Positions 1 to 16,341 of a DNA stretch of 64,000 bases are shown one piece after another (the first letter of the stretch is position 1; each line of letters starts with the position of its first letter). A model generated the notes under the pieces. It had not been told where the DNA came from. It saw only the letters and a list, made by a program, of their open reading frames with translations, and did not search any database. The translations under genes and the position numbers were made by a program. The stretch is taken from assembly GCF_009914755.1 (NCBI RefSeq), contig NC_060934.1; one strand, given 5' to 3'. This DNA is from the human T2T-CHM13v2.0 reference genome, Homo sapiens.

Positions 1-258
1 GGCTGAGGCAGGTGGATCATGAGGTCAGGAGTTCAAGACCAGCCTGGTCAACATGGTGAAACCCCATCTCTACTAAAAATACAAAAAATTAGCAGGGCAT
101 GGTGGTAGGCTGAGTAGCTTTTAATCCCAGCTACTCAGGAGGCTGAGGCAGAGAATTGTTTGAATCCAGGAGGCAGAGGTTGCAGTGAGCCAAGATTGTG
201 CCACTGCACTCCAGCCTGGGCGAGAGAGCGAGACTTCCATCTCAAAAAAAAAAAAAAA
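1..258 (+). mobile_element. Alu (AluS, cut by window edge)
   Basis: Alu consensus with A tail. Confidence 0.9.
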
Positions 259-259
259 G

Positions 260-1421
<1,162 letters not shown>

Positions 1422-1500
1422 TCAGTGGAGTACTTAATAAAGAAAGAGGCTGCTAAATTTTGGGGAGAAAATGTGTGGCACTTTTTTCTTACTGGCCTAC

Positions 1501-2242
1501 TGATACAGTTTGGATGTGTGTCCCCTCCAAATTTCATGTTGAAATATAATCCCCAGTGTGGGAGTTGGGGACTGGTAGGAGGTATTTGGGTCATGGGGGT
1601 GTATCTCTTATGGATGGTTTAGCACCATTCCCTTGATAATGAGTGAGTTCTGATTCGGTTCACATGAGATCTGGTTGTTTAAAAGAGTCTGGCACCAGGC
1701 GTGGTGGCTCACACTTGTAATCCCAGCACTTTGGGAGGCCAAAGCAGGTGGATAACCTGAGGTCAGGAGTTTGAGACCAGCCTGGCCAACATGGCGAAAC
1801 CCTGTCTCTACTAAAAATACAAAAATTAGGCGGGTGTGGTGGTCCACGCCTGTAGTCTCAACTACTTGGGAAGCTGAGGGAGGAGAATCACTTCAACCTG
1901 GGAGGCAGAGGTTGCCGTGAGCCAAGATCATGCCACTGCACTCCAGCCTGGGTAACAGAGTGAGACTCTACCTCAAAAAATAAATAAGCAAATAAATAAA
2001 GAGTCTAGGACCTACCCCTTATCTCTCTCTCTTGCTCCCACTGTCACTATGTGATGTACTGGCTCCTGCTTCACTTTCTGCCCTAAGTAAAAGCTCCCTG
2101 AGGCCTCACCAGAAGCTGAGCAGATGCCAGTGCCATGCTTCCTGTACAGCCTGCATAACCATGAGCCAATTAAACCTCTTTTCTTTATAAATGACCCAGC
2201 CTCAGGTATTTCTGTGTAGCAATGCAAAAAACAACTAACACA
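1501..2242 (+). mobile_element. MaLR MSTB-type 5' LTR (Alu-interrupted)
   Basis: TGATACAGTTTGGATGTGTGTCCCC...CTAACACA. Confidence 0.8.
1691..2000 (+). mobile_element. Alu inside MST LTR
   Basis: Consensus; TSD aaagagtct. Confidence 0.9.
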
Positions 2243-3404
2243 AAATAGGTACTGAGGAGTAGAGCATTGCTATAAAGATACCTGAAAATATAGAAGCAGC
2301 TTTGGAACTGAGTAACAAGCAGAGGTTGGAAGAATTTGGAGGGCTCAGAAGAAGACACTAAGCTGAGGGAATGTTTGAAACTTCTAAGAGACGGATTAAA
2401 TGGTTGTGACCAAAATGCTGATAGTGACATGGACAGTGAAGGCTAAGCTGATGAGGTCTCAGAAGAAAATGAGGAATGTATTGGAAACCGGAGTATAGGT
2501 CACCCATGTTTTGTCCTGGCACAGAGCTTGGCTGCATGTCCTACGGATCTGTGGAAGACTGAACTTAAGACTGATGACCTAGGGTATCTGGCAGAAGAAA
2601 TTTCTAAGCAGCAAAGCATTCAAGATGTGGCCTGACTGCTCCTAACAGCCTTTGATCAAATATAGGAGCAAAGAAATGACTTAAAGTTGGAACTGATATT
2701 TAAAAGGGAATCAAAGCATAAAGTCTGGAAAGTTTACAGCCTGGTCCTGTGGTACAGAAAGAATCCAAGCCCAAGCAGGCTGTGGAGCAACCACTTGCTA
2801 GAGAGATTAGCATGACTCAAATGGAGCCAAGTAACAATCCAAGACAATGGGGAAAAGGCCTTAAAGGCATTTCAGAGATCTTTGGGACTCTGCCTTCCAT
2901 CACAGGCCCAGAGGCCTAGGAGGAATGGTTTCAGGGGCCAGGCCTAAGGCAATGCAGCTCTGTGCAGCCTTGTGACACTGTTCCCCACATCTCAGCTGCT
3001 CTGGTTCCAGCTTCAGCTCAAGGGGGTCCAGGTACAGCTTGAGCCAAAGCTCAGGAGGGCACAATCTGTAATCCTTCATGGTTTCTATCTAGTGTTAAGT
3101 CTGCAGATGCTGAGAATGCAAGCATGAAGGAGGCTTGGCAGCTTCCCCCTAGATTTCAGAGGATGTACTGGAAAGCCTCGGTGTCCAGGCAGAAGTCTGC
3201 CACAGAGATGGAGCCCCCACAGAGAAACTACTAGGGCAATGTTGAGGGGAAATGTGGGGTTGGAGCCTCCACACAGAGCCCCCACTGGGGTACTGCCTAA
3301 TGGAGCTGTGGGAAGGGGACCACTGCCCTCCATACTTTGGAATGCTAGAGCCACTAGCCACTTGCAACCTCAGCATGGAAAAGCTGAAAGCAGTCAACTC
3401 CAGT
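2243..3404 (+). mobile_element. MST internal sequence, 3' truncated
   Basis: Follows the LTR directly; GCTATAAAGATACCTGAAAAT...GCAGCTTTGGAACTG typical of MaLR-int. Confidence 0.8.
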
Positions 3405-4095
3405 CATTAAGATTAATCCATTAATCCATTAAGATTAAAGCAGATTTCTTAACAGAAACTGTGAAAGCCAAAAGGCAGTGTGATGACACATTAAAGTGCT
3501 GAAAGAAAAGAATTCTATTTCAAGAATTCTTTTCCATCAAGACTATCCATCAATAATGCAGAAGAAATTAAGGCATTACAAGATAAAAGCTAAAGGACTC
3601 TGTTTCTAGTAGACCTGCCTTATAAGAAATGCTACAAGCAGTCCTTCAGTCTGAAATGAAAGGACACTAGACAGCAATTCAAGGCCATTTGAAGCTATAA
3701 AGAACACAGGTAAAGGTAACTATATAGGTACATAGAAAAGCTGGTATTGTGATATTTTTTAAATTATGTCTCCTCTGTTTGCTTCCTATAGGATTTAAAA
3801 GACAAATGCATAAAATAGTAACTATAAATATATGTTAATGGTCATACAACATGCAAAAATATAATTTGTGACAGTAACAACATAAAGGGGGGAGAAACAG
3901 CTATATATCAGCAATTTGTATACACTACTGAAGCTAAGTTGGTATCAATTCAAACCAGATTGTTAAAAATTAGAAAAGTTAATTGTAATACTAAGAGTAA
4001 CCACTAAAAACACCTTAAAACACTCACAAAAGGAAATGAGGAGGAAAGCAAAATGGTACATTAGAAAAAAAATTAAAAAGAAGGCAGTATTGGAG

Positions 4096-4779
<684 letters not shown>

Positions 4780-5413
4780 CGGAGGAATTAAAGGAAAATA
4801 TATAAAGTATGTTGAAGAAAAATGCCAAGTTGCAGAAGTAAGTCTTTATCAAACATCACTTTAAATAGATTAGACTCACGAGTTAAAGGTGGAGATTGAC
4901 TGAATGGATATTAAAAACATGATTCAAATATATGCCTTCTAAAATTAAATTTAGATCCAAAGACACAAGTAGGCTGAAAAGAAAGGATGGAAAAAGGCAT
5001 TTCACGAAAATAGTAGTAACCAAAAGAGAGCTGGCTGGCTATACTAAGATGAGACCTAAATAAATGAGATGGCATCCTGTATTCATGGACTGGGAGACTT
5101 AATATGGTTCAAATGACAATACTACCCAAAGAAATCTACAGATTCAAACCAGTCCCTATCAAACTCCCAATGGCTTTTGCACAGAAATGGAAAAGATTAT
5201 CCTCCAATTCATACGGAATTGCAAGGGGTCCCCAGTAGCCAAAACAACATTGGGAAAGAAGAATAAAGTCAGAGGACTCACACTTCACAATTTCAAAACT
5301 TACTGCAAAGCTGCAGTTATCAAAACAGTGAGGTACTGGCATAAGGACAGACATACAATCTAATGGGATAGAACTGAGTTCAGAAATAAACCCATGTATC
5401 TACGACCACATGA

Positions 5414-5708
5414 TTTTCTTCTTTTTTTTTTTTTTCTGAGACAGGGTCTCACTGGCTGGAGTGCAATGGTCCAGTCATGGCTTACTGCAGCCTGGACCTC
5501 CCCAGGCTCAGGTGATGCCCCCACCTCAGCCTCCCAAGTATCTGGGACTAAAAGTGCACACCACCCACCTGGCTAATTTTTGTATTTTGCAGAGACAGGG
5601 TCTTGTCATGTTGCCCAGGATGGTTTCAAATTCCTGGGCTCAAGAGATCTGCCCACTTCGGTCACCTAAAGTGTTAGGATTACAGGCATGAGCCACCACG
5701 TTCAGCCC
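5414..5708 (-). mobile_element. Alu (AluJ-like)
   Basis: Consensus. Confidence 0.85.
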
Positions 5709-5976
5709 CAACTGATTTTCAACGAGGCTGTCAAGACCATTCAGTGGGAAAAGAATAGTCTCTTCATCAAATAATACTGGGAAAACTCAATACCCACATG
5801 CGTGAGTTAAATGGGAACTCTACCTCACATCATATGCAAAAATCAATTCAAAATGGATCAATGACCTAAATATATGAGTTAAACATGTAGAACTCTTAGA
5901 AGAAAACATAGCCTACCTTGAATTTGGCAATGGATTCTTCTATATGACACCAAAAGCACAAACAAAAGAAAAATAA

Positions 5977-6654
<678 letters not shown>

Positions 6655-6745
6655 ATAAAATGTTCTTATAATTCAACAACAAAAAGATAAACAGCCCAGG
6701 TAGGAAATGGGCAAAGAACTTGAGTGTACATTTCTCCAAATAACA

Positions 6746-6966
6746 CAACTCACCCTTGAACAACACAGGCTTGGATGCAGATTATTTTCAACCTAACATA
6801 GATTGAAAATGTAGTATTTGCAAGATTGGAAACCCACACATATGGAGGGCCAATTTTTTGCACACGTGGGTTCTGAAGGGCTGACTGTAGGACTTGAGTA
6901 TGTGTGGATTTAAGTACATGCAGGGGTCCTGGAACCAATCACCTGCATATACCAATTGATGACAGT
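6746..6966 (-). mobile_element. MER8-type Tigger MITE
   Basis: ACCCTTGAACAACACAGG...GGGGTCCTGGAACCAATC termini. Confidence 0.7.
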
Positions 6967-7992
6967 ATATACAAATGGCCAAAAAGCACACTAGAAAAAA
7001 AATAGCAGAAAAAAGCACAATAGAAGATGTTCAGCATCACTCATCTCTAAAGAAATGCAATGCAAAACCGCAACAATACCACTTCACCCCCCCACCCCAA
7101 TTATAATGGGCATAATTTTAAAAATGGCAGGTGTTGGGGGTATATGGAGAAACTGAAACCCTTGTACATTGCTAATGGGAATGTAAAACGGTGCAGCTGC
7201 TGTGGAAGTTTGGCAGTTCCTCAAAAAGTTAAACATAGAATTGCCATACATCCCAGCAATTCCATTTTTAGGTATATACCCGAAATAATTGAAAATAGGT
7301 ATCAAATACTTACAGATGAATTTGCATAACAGCATTATTCATAATAACCAAAAAGTGGAAACCACCCAAATGTCTGTCAATGGATGAATGGATAAACAAA
7401 TTGTGGTGTATATACACAATGGCATTTTAGCCATAAAAAGGAATGATGTACTGATACATGCTTCAAGGTGGATGAACCTGGAAAACATGCTAAGTAAAAG
7501 AAGGCAGATACAAAAGGTCACCTAATGTATGATCTCACTTACACGAAATATCTAGACTAGGTAGATCCATAGAGATAGATAACATATTAGTGGTTGCCAG
7601 GGGAAAGAGGGAGAGAGAACAGGGAATGACTGCTTAATGGGAATGGGGTTTTCTTTTGGGATGGTGAAAATGTTTTGTAACTAGGTAGAGGTGGTGTTAC
7701 ACAATACTGTGAATGTACTAAATATTAATACCTTACAATTGTATACTTTTAAATGATGAATGTGAATTTCACTTCAATTAAAACAAGTAAACAAAACCTT
7801 TGAACAAAGACAACTTCAGGCCTAAATGGTTTCATTGGTGAATTCAATCAAACAATAAGCCAGAAACAATACCAATTATATGTAATTTCTTCCATAAAAC
7901 CAAGAAAAAATAACCATTCTCGACTCACTTTATAAGGCTCACATGACCCTGAGACCCAAATCTAACAAAAACATCACCAGAAATGACAACTA

Positions 7993-8185
7993 CAGTGGTT
8001 GCTGGCACCAGTTTGTATCAGCTCAGAAGAGCTGATGGTTAAGTTTTCAGAATCTGGCTGGCATGTTGTAGCTTGAAATTTGCCATGGTGGGAGTATTTA
8101 TACCACAGAAATTGGTAAACAGTATAAACCAGATTTCTATCCCAACCCCTAAAATCTGATTATTAAACATTTACTAGTATATTGA
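7993..8185 (+). mobile_element. MER63-type hAT MITE
   Basis: CAGTGGTTGCTGG...GGTGGGAGTATTTATACCAC...TTAAACATTTACTAG. Confidence 0.6.
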
Positions 8186-8639
8186 TCACTGATCAATATT
8201 CCTCATGGTGATAGATGCAAAAATCCTCAACAAAATGTTAGCAAATCTAATTCAGCAATATATAAAAATATAAACACATTGTGACCAATTTACCCTGGCA
8301 ATGCAAGGTTGATTCCACATTTGAACATCAATCAGTGCAGTTCACTATGCTAACAAACTAAAAAAGAAAAACAACATGATTATCCCAAAAAAGGCAGAAG
8401 AACATTTGACAAAATTCAAGATCCATTCATGATAAAAACTCTGAACAAACTAGGAAAAGAAGGGAACTTCCTTCATCTGATAAAAGGCATTTATATAAAA
8501 TCCATAGTTTATACCATCCTTATTATTGAATGGCTAAATTCTTTCCCCCCTAAGGTCAGGTTTCATTATGTACATTCCTTTGATTATGTAAAGGATGATT
8601 TTTAAATGAGCAAACAAAACAAAACAAAACAAAATTCAA

Positions 8640-8960
8640 TGTTTTCTACAGTCTACCAGGGCCATACATATTCTAGCTTCCTCTACCTTTTTGATGTTAC
8701 CTCTTACCATTCTTTCCCTAAGTCATATCTCTCTAGCTTCAATATCCTACATACTGTTTCTGGAACATGATTTGGGGTGTCTGTACTGCTGTTTTTCCTA
8801 CCCACAATGCTGCTCCCTCAGATTTCTACTTGGCTCTCTCTCTAATTCAGGACTTTCCTCAAACATTATATTTTAGGGTAGCATTGTCCTAATCAACCTA
8901 TAACTCATTCCTCACTTCTCTGTATCACTTTGTCCTCCTAAATTGCTTGAGTTTGTCTCC
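8640..8960. mobile_element. L2 fragment
   Basis: Degenerate L2 3'-region-like pyrimidine-rich sequence. Confidence 0.45.
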
Positions 8961-9033
8961 AAACATATACCTCAGAAATACTACTCAAATGTTGACATAT
9001 TGTTATAAAATATATTTTTAAAATCACATTTGT

Positions 9034-9332
<299 letters not shown>

Positions 9333-9399
9333 TCACATTTGTTAGTATCAATGTCATTGTCTACTTTATGCCAAACAGGCAGTAACCTATTTAGCATGG

Positions 9400-9536
9400 T
9401 TTTCATGCCACCAGTGCAAGTATCAACAGTGTAAAAGGCAATCTACATCTTAGCACTCTGAGTCTCAACCTCATAGACCCCTTGAGAGGGTCTTGGAGCT
9501 CCCAGGGATCTGCAGACCACATTTTGAGAATTGCTG
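9400..9536. mobile_element. hAT-Charlie-type DNA transposon end
   Basis: GACCACATTTTGAGAATTGCTG terminus. Confidence 0.5.
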
Positions 9537-9627
9537 TTTTATTCAAACGGTATTTTGCCTGTAGGTGATTTTTAACTATTTCTACGTTTCTAATTTAGTA
9601 TATGGGCTCTCGTTCATAAAACTCATT

Positions 9628-9630
<3 letters not shown>

Positions 9631-9672
<42 letters not shown>
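9631..9672 (+). repeat. (CA)21 microsatellite
   Basis: Perfect dinucleotide run. Confidence 0.97.
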
Positions 9673-9674
<2 letters not shown>

Positions 9675-9706
9675 GAAACAAAGTTAGGGCTAAGTAAATG
9701 ACTCAC

Positions 9707-9721
9707 CTGGAACTTGTTCAT
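9707..9721 (-). CDS. ZNF25: ZNF25 first coding segment (MNKFQ)
   Basis: Minus strand AGAAAATG AAC AAG TTC CAG|GTGAGT: phase-0 consensus donor. Matches the recalled ZNF25 N-terminus MNKFQG and is homologous to ZNF33A exon 2. Confidence 0.88.
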
Positions 9722-9806
9722 TTTCTGCTGCTCTTGGGAAAGGCTGAAAACTGCAAAGCCAGAGCAGAAATCATAAGGGACCTTAGCTGGCAGCCCCAGG
9801 AATCAC
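9707..9806 (-). other. ZNF25: ZNF25 exon 2 (85 nt 5'UTR + 15 nt coding)
   Basis: Acceptor tttctcacag|GTGATT at 9806, donor at 9707. Alternative internal AGs at 9750 and 9743. Confidence 0.7.
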
Positions 9807-10883
9807 CTGTGAGAAATTTCCATACAACATTTTAGTAAAATATATACCTTTGAGAAAATGTCCCTTTGACCCATTAGAAAGCATAGTAAGGACCATGATG
9901 AAGTAGCACCCACCTGTCCACTTCTGACTCTGATATTAATGTTGATGAGCCTGGGACATTTTTTAGTGAATCTACACATTTCTTTCCTATTGGTTGCTTT
10001 GAAAATTATGTTTCTGTTTTCTGAATAACACAAAAGAATCGAAAACTTAAATATCCAATAATGACTGATTAAATAACATGTATAATATATCCAAAGTATG
10101 GAGCCCTTTGCTGACACTAGAAATGATGTTGAAGAGATATATTTATTGACACATAAAAGGTAATTAAGTTACATATCATAACCATTTTTTTCTATTATAA
10201 ACCCAAGGTTAGAAAGTCTGAATTTTCAAAGTTCTCAAACATAAGACATTTCTTCTCCCTAAATTGCAGTTTCTCAGAAACCATTTCTCCAAGAACCTTC
10301 TTTTGATATAAATATGATATAATGAACTTAAAGACTCAGTTCTACTCTAGGCTCTGCTATTAATAAACTTAGTGATTGTCTTAGTTTCAATGCTTTTGTC
10401 TTCAAAATGAGTAGGAATTAGATAATCTTGCACAACCCTTCATGTACCATTCTACTTCTATATATCTTCACCCAGGATCACCAATACAGACAGTACCTGC
10501 AATGCACTGTGCCCTCAAAACTTGGGCTGGGCCTAAGGTAAAATTTAATTAGGCCCTGATGAACTCTGACTTGAGAATCTAATCTGCTGACAGTGACACA
10601 AATCTACCTTCTAAAATAACAGTTAATCATCATAATTCTCAAACAAGCACTTCATATAGGTAGCAAAAGGCAACTACGTCATAATCCTAAGGTCCTTTTC
10701 ATAAGCAGCAGAAACCATGCAGGGCATCCAAATTGGAAAGAAAAAATCAAATTATCTTTGTTCACAGATGACATGACCCTATATTTAGAAAAACATAAAG
10801 ACTCCACCGAAAAAACTGGTAGAACTGATACATGAACTCAGTAAAGCTGCAGGATACAAAATCAACATTAGAAAACCAGTAGC

Positions 10884-11182
<299 letters not shown>

Positions 11183-11319
11183 TCAGTAGCATTTCCATAC
11201 ACCAACAGTGAACAATCTGAAAAACAAATCAAGAAAGCAATCCCATTTACAACAGCTACCAAAAAACCCCCAACACCTAGGAATAAATTTAACCAAAAAT
11301 GTAAAAGATCCTATGATTA

Positions 11320-11637
<318 letters not shown>

Positions 11638-14506
11638 TTAAAATGGAAAGATATCCCATGCTCATGGACTGGCAGAATTAATATTGTTAAAATGTCCATA
11701 GTACTAAAAGCAGTCTACAGATTAAATGCAATCCATATCCAAATACCAATGACATTCTTCACAGAAATAGGAAAAAAAATCCTAAAATTTATATGGAACC
11801 ACCAAAGACCCCGAGTAGCCAAAGCAATTTTGTGCAAAAAGAACAAAGGTGGAGGCATTGTACTACCAGACTTCAAAATATACTATAAAGCTATAGTAAA
11901 CAAAACAGTAGGTTACTGGCATAAAAAGAGACACATAGATCAATGAAAAAGAGAATTGAGAAATAAATACATGCATTTATAGCCAATTTCATTTTTGACA
12001 AAGGCACTAAGAACATACATTGGAGAAACGACAGTTTCTTCAATAAATGGTGCTGAGAAAACTGGATATCCATACGCAGAAGAATGAAACTAAACCCCTG
12101 TCTCTCATCATATGCAAAAATCAAATGATAGTGGATTAAAGAGTTAAATGTATGACCTGAAACTATGAAACTACTTGAAGAAAACATTTGGAAATGCTTC
12201 AGAACATTGTTCTCGGCAAAAATTTTTTGGTAAGACCTCAAAAGCACAAGCAACAAAGGCAAAAATAGATGAATGGGATTACATCAAACGAAAAAGTTTC
12301 AGCACAGCAAAGTAAGCAATAACAGTGAAAAGACACCCAAAGAATAGGAGAAAATATTTGCAAACTACCCATCTGACAAGGAATTAATAACCAGAATATA
12401 CAAGGAACTCAACAGTCAGAAAACAAAAAATTTGATTTAAAAAAATTGAGCAAATGATCTGAACAGACATTCCACAATAGAAGACATACAAATGGCCAAT
12501 AGGTATACGATAAAATCTTCAACATCATTAATCATCAGACAAATGCAAATCAAAACCATAATGGGATATCATTTTACCCCTTAAAACAGCTATTATAAAA
12601 AAGGCAAAAAAATAACAAATGCTGGGATATAGAGAAAGGAGAACCCTCATACAACCTTGGTGGCAATGTAAACTAGTACAGCCACTGTGGAAAACAGTAT
12701 GGAGGTTCCTCAAAAAATTGAAAACAGAATTACCATATGATCTAGCAATCTCACTGCTATATATATATCCAAAAGAAGGGAAATCCGTATATTGAAGATA
12801 TCTCTGCACTCCCATTTTTATCGCAGCACTATTCACAATAGTCTAGATACAGAATCCACCTAAGTACCCATCAATGCATGAATAGATAATGAAAATTGTG
12901 GTATATATACACAATGGAATATTATTCAGACATAAAAAGAAGGAAATTTTGTCATTGCAGCAACAAAGATGGAACTGGAGGGCATTATGTTACATGAAAT
13001 AAGCCAGGCACAGAAAGACAAATATCATGTTCTCACTCATACGCAGGAGCTAAGATAGTTGATCTCATGAAGATACGATGTAGAATGATGGTTACCAGAG
13101 GCTGCGAAGGGAAGTAGGGAGTGAGGAATGAAGAGAGGTTGGTTAATGGGTACAAAAATACAGTTAGGTAGAAGGATTAAGTCCTAGTGTTCAATAGCAC
13201 AGTATGGTTACAAGTGTTAGCAATAATTTATTAGCTATCAGAATAGCTAGAAGATTTCGAATATTTGCAACACAAAGAAATGATAAATGAGGCGGTGGAT
13301 ATTGTAATTACCCCGATTTGATCATGACACATTGTATGCATATATCAAAATATCACATGTACCCCACAAATATGTACATTATGTACCAAAAAAAAAAAAC
13401 TAAAATAAGCAGCAAAAACCACTTCCAGCTAGCATGGTGCTTACGAAATGCCTAAGCTCAGTTATCAGCCAATGAGAGGCATTATAAGATCACCACCATA
13501 AAATGGAGGAACTGATGAACTGCAGTTTTCATCTTTAAAAAAATTTTTTGTCCCATTTCCTGTCTTTAGAAACTAGCCTCTGGGCTGGATGGGATTCCCA
13601 GCTTCTCCTGTAAAATGCAAAATTGAGGGCTCAAATTGTGGTTTCAATTTACACGTTTCACAGTCCTCTGAGAAGAGACTAAGGTTGGAGGATGCAGGAA
13701 GGCCTTAAATAATTCACCTTTTGACTCAAGTGCTCTGAAGATTCCCCAAGCATTTTTGGAAACAGAACACTACCTGGTTGAGACTGGGTTCAAGTACACC
13801 ACACAGCTACGTTCTGGTGGTGCTCAAGGGGCAAATGCTGTGCTAAATACAAGTCAAGACTGGATTTTAGTGTGGGAAGGCGCATTAACTCAGAGGAAAA
13901 AGTGAGGATTTACATCCCACCTGCTAATACTGTGGGTAAACGGATTTCTCTCTCTGAATCTTTAATAGTCACATTTATTTTAATAGAGATGGTTAAGTCG
14001 AAAGGATGGTTACGATGATTAAATGAGCCAATAATGAAAACAGCATGTTTTGTAATAATAGAAGCAGCTCACCTTTATTGAGTCCTGTATCATACTTTAC
14101 ATCTATTACCCTATTCAGTACCCAAAGGCCCCCATCATTTGCCAGATGCGCGTCGAGCCGCACTGGGACCACCTACAGACGCTGGACCAGAGCCCACGTC
14201 CCTGCGGCTTTGGAGCGCCGCGTCTGCAGCGGCCAGCGCGCCTCACATGGCGGCTCCGGTCACGTCACACAATGCGGCTGCTCCGGGCGCCCACTGCCCA
14301 GCACCGCAGGCCTCCTCTGGCCGCCCCTCAAGCAGGTCGCGCAAACGCCATTCCGGGCAGGGGCGCCAGCGCAGCCAGCCAACCTCCCCACCAGGCGGCT
14401 CCCACCCAGGGCCCTCCGCGGAGGCCGCTCCGGGGCCAGGAGGCGGCTTCCAGGCTCGAGACCCCGCCTCCCAGGCCCTGCCCGCCCGCAAAAGCCTTCG
14501 ACACAC

Positions 14507-14645
14507 CTGCAGGGTCTCGGCCTCTGCTCCCGGCCCGCGCCGGGCCCAGGCCCCGCCCTTTGCGGCCCAGCCCAGACCCGGAGGCACCGGAGTCCTCTCC
14601 CCACCCTAGGGCGTAAGACCAAAAAAACGCCAATGCCAGAAAGAA
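14507..14645 (-). other. ZNF25: ZNF25 non-coding exon 1 (TSS approximate)
   Basis: Donor CTGCAG|GTGTGT at 14507/14506 inside the CpG island, downstream of NRF1/ZNF143 motifs. Confidence 0.6.
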
Positions 14646-14650
14646 GACAC

Positions 14651-14662
14651 TGCACATGCGCA
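14651..14662. promoter_or_regulatory. NRF1 motif
   Basis: TGCACATGCGCA, 11/12 match to TGCGCATGCGCA. Confidence 0.7.
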
Positions 14663-14687
14663 GAACGTTTCCCTAGCCCTACTCCAG

Positions 14688-14708
14688 AACTACGCTTCCC
14701 AGAAGGCC
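14688..14708 (+). promoter_or_regulatory. ZNF143/THAP11 SBS motif
   Basis: AACTACGCTTCCCAGAAGGCC fits ACTACNNNTCCCAGNANGC. Confidence 0.75.
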
Positions 14709-15181
14709 CGGCTGCGACTCCATCTTGGATGACGTCGTGAGGCGCGGCCGCCTCCAGCGGCCTGAGTGATTGCTGTCGGGTTTCCGGGAGAGGGCGCTGT
14801 CCTTGCTCAGTGATGGCCGGAGAGCTGCACCCTGCACGTCTGGGCTTGAAGACAGAAAGCCACCGTGAGGTGCTCCAAGGAACACTGATGGGCAGTTTTG
14901 TTAAAGTGATTGAACTCCGTGGGTACAGGAGTACGTGGAGTAATGAAGGATAATGCCCTGTAACCGCTTCCTCTTAGGAATGCTAGCTTTCACAATTGTG
15001 CAAACGGTACGCGAAACGTAATAAACTACAAAATATGTATAAGCTAAAACAGAAAACGAGTATACCACTTCCCAAAAGCAAAAGCGCTTAATGTTAGGTG
15101 AACATCCTTCTCATGAATTTACACAAATTTTAACCTAATGGTATAGAGTATCATGACTATCATTTCACTAAGGAATATATA

Positions 15182-15512
15182 TAGTCATCCCTCCTTATCC
15201 TGGGGGTGCATATCTATGGATTCAACTAAGCTCAGAATGAAAATACTTAAAAATTCTATCTTACTGAACATGTACAAAGTTTCCCCCTTGTCATTATACC
15301 CTAAACAATACAATAAAACTATTTACATAGTATTTACATTGTGTTAGGTGTACAATTAATCTAGACATAATTTAAAATATACAGGAGGAGGTGTGTAGGT
15401 TATGCAAATATCAGGTTATTTTCTACCAGAGACTTGAACATCCCTGGATTTGAGTAATCCAGGGAGGTCCTGGTACTAATCCCCCGCGGATACAGAGAGA
15501 GGACTTGGCTGT
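15182..15512 (-). mobile_element. MER2-type Tigger MITE
   Basis: AGTCATCCCTCCTTATCC...TCCCCCGCGGATAC termini. Confidence 0.7.
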
Positions 15513-15686
15513 ATATGTAAAACAAATTATATATTTCCTGGTCAATAACTTTATTACATTAAAACATGTAGAATCATCTAGAAAAAAACGTATATATTGT
15601 CATGTGTATAAACACACATATATATACATATAAAAATATGCGCACATAATACACACACACACACCACCTTTCTGGATGGGAAGTAT

Positions 15687-16340
15687 TGAGGAAATAATTT
15701 AAAATAAAGCCTCTTGCCAACCCAGAAAATTCTCTCCACAGATGGAGAAAAGAACAAAACAGTTACATTATTGAATAAACATTACACCAGACTGCGATGT
15801 GCGTCACAGGCAACCCACTAATGAGTTTATGAAGACAGGAAGAACTATCATTTTTTGTATTAGCCGGTCTGGTACAACGCATTCTATTTCCTCAAGGTAA
15901 AAATAACTTGTCCTCAAGTAAGATGACTGTACAGCAACATTTACTATGCATAATTCATCTGAAATTCACCTGATAATTAGGGTAGCCATCAGTGTTAGTT
16001 AATTGCCATTATGCAAATGAAAAGTAAAGTTTCTGGTATCTCTATGACACGCAGGTAGTTAACCGCGGGTAGCCAGGAGCCTAGGAGTTTACCACAGAGG
16101 CAGGGAGATGGGGTGCAATCTTCCTTGATGCTTACATTTCAAAGACATGACCCAAGGCCATTAAGAAAGACCTTCCTGGGTTGTTAAACTAGCAAGAAGC
16201 TTATTTACTTTTTAAAAAGTTTTGCTATATCTCACAGGGACAGAGAAGGGATTTACAATTACAAGTTTTCTTAAGGAAATGCTGTAAGAAAAGAGAGGAG
16301 TAAAGGTCTTTTTCCCTTTTTGCAAGAAGGAAAATTCAGT
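15687..16340 (-). mobile_element. ERV1-type LTR (family uncertain)
   Basis: ACATTTCAAAGACATG...AAGAAAGACCTTCCTGGG motif typical of MER31/MER67-group LTRs. Confidence 0.45.
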
Positions 16341-16341
16341 T

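Larger units (their letters stand above)
14145..14870. promoter_or_regulatory. ZNF25: CpG-island promoter of ZNF25, probably bidirectional
   Basis: Abrupt GC/CpG enrichment; GC boxes, NRF1, SBS, CRE-like TGACGTC (14730), YY1-like CCATCTT (14720). Confidence 0.9.

Noticed and set aside
14045-14740. 231-aa and other long ORFs across the ZNF25 CpG island
   Set aside because: ORFs in nearly all frames, Pro/Arg/Gly-rich, no domain; expected from stop-codon scarcity in GC-rich DNA
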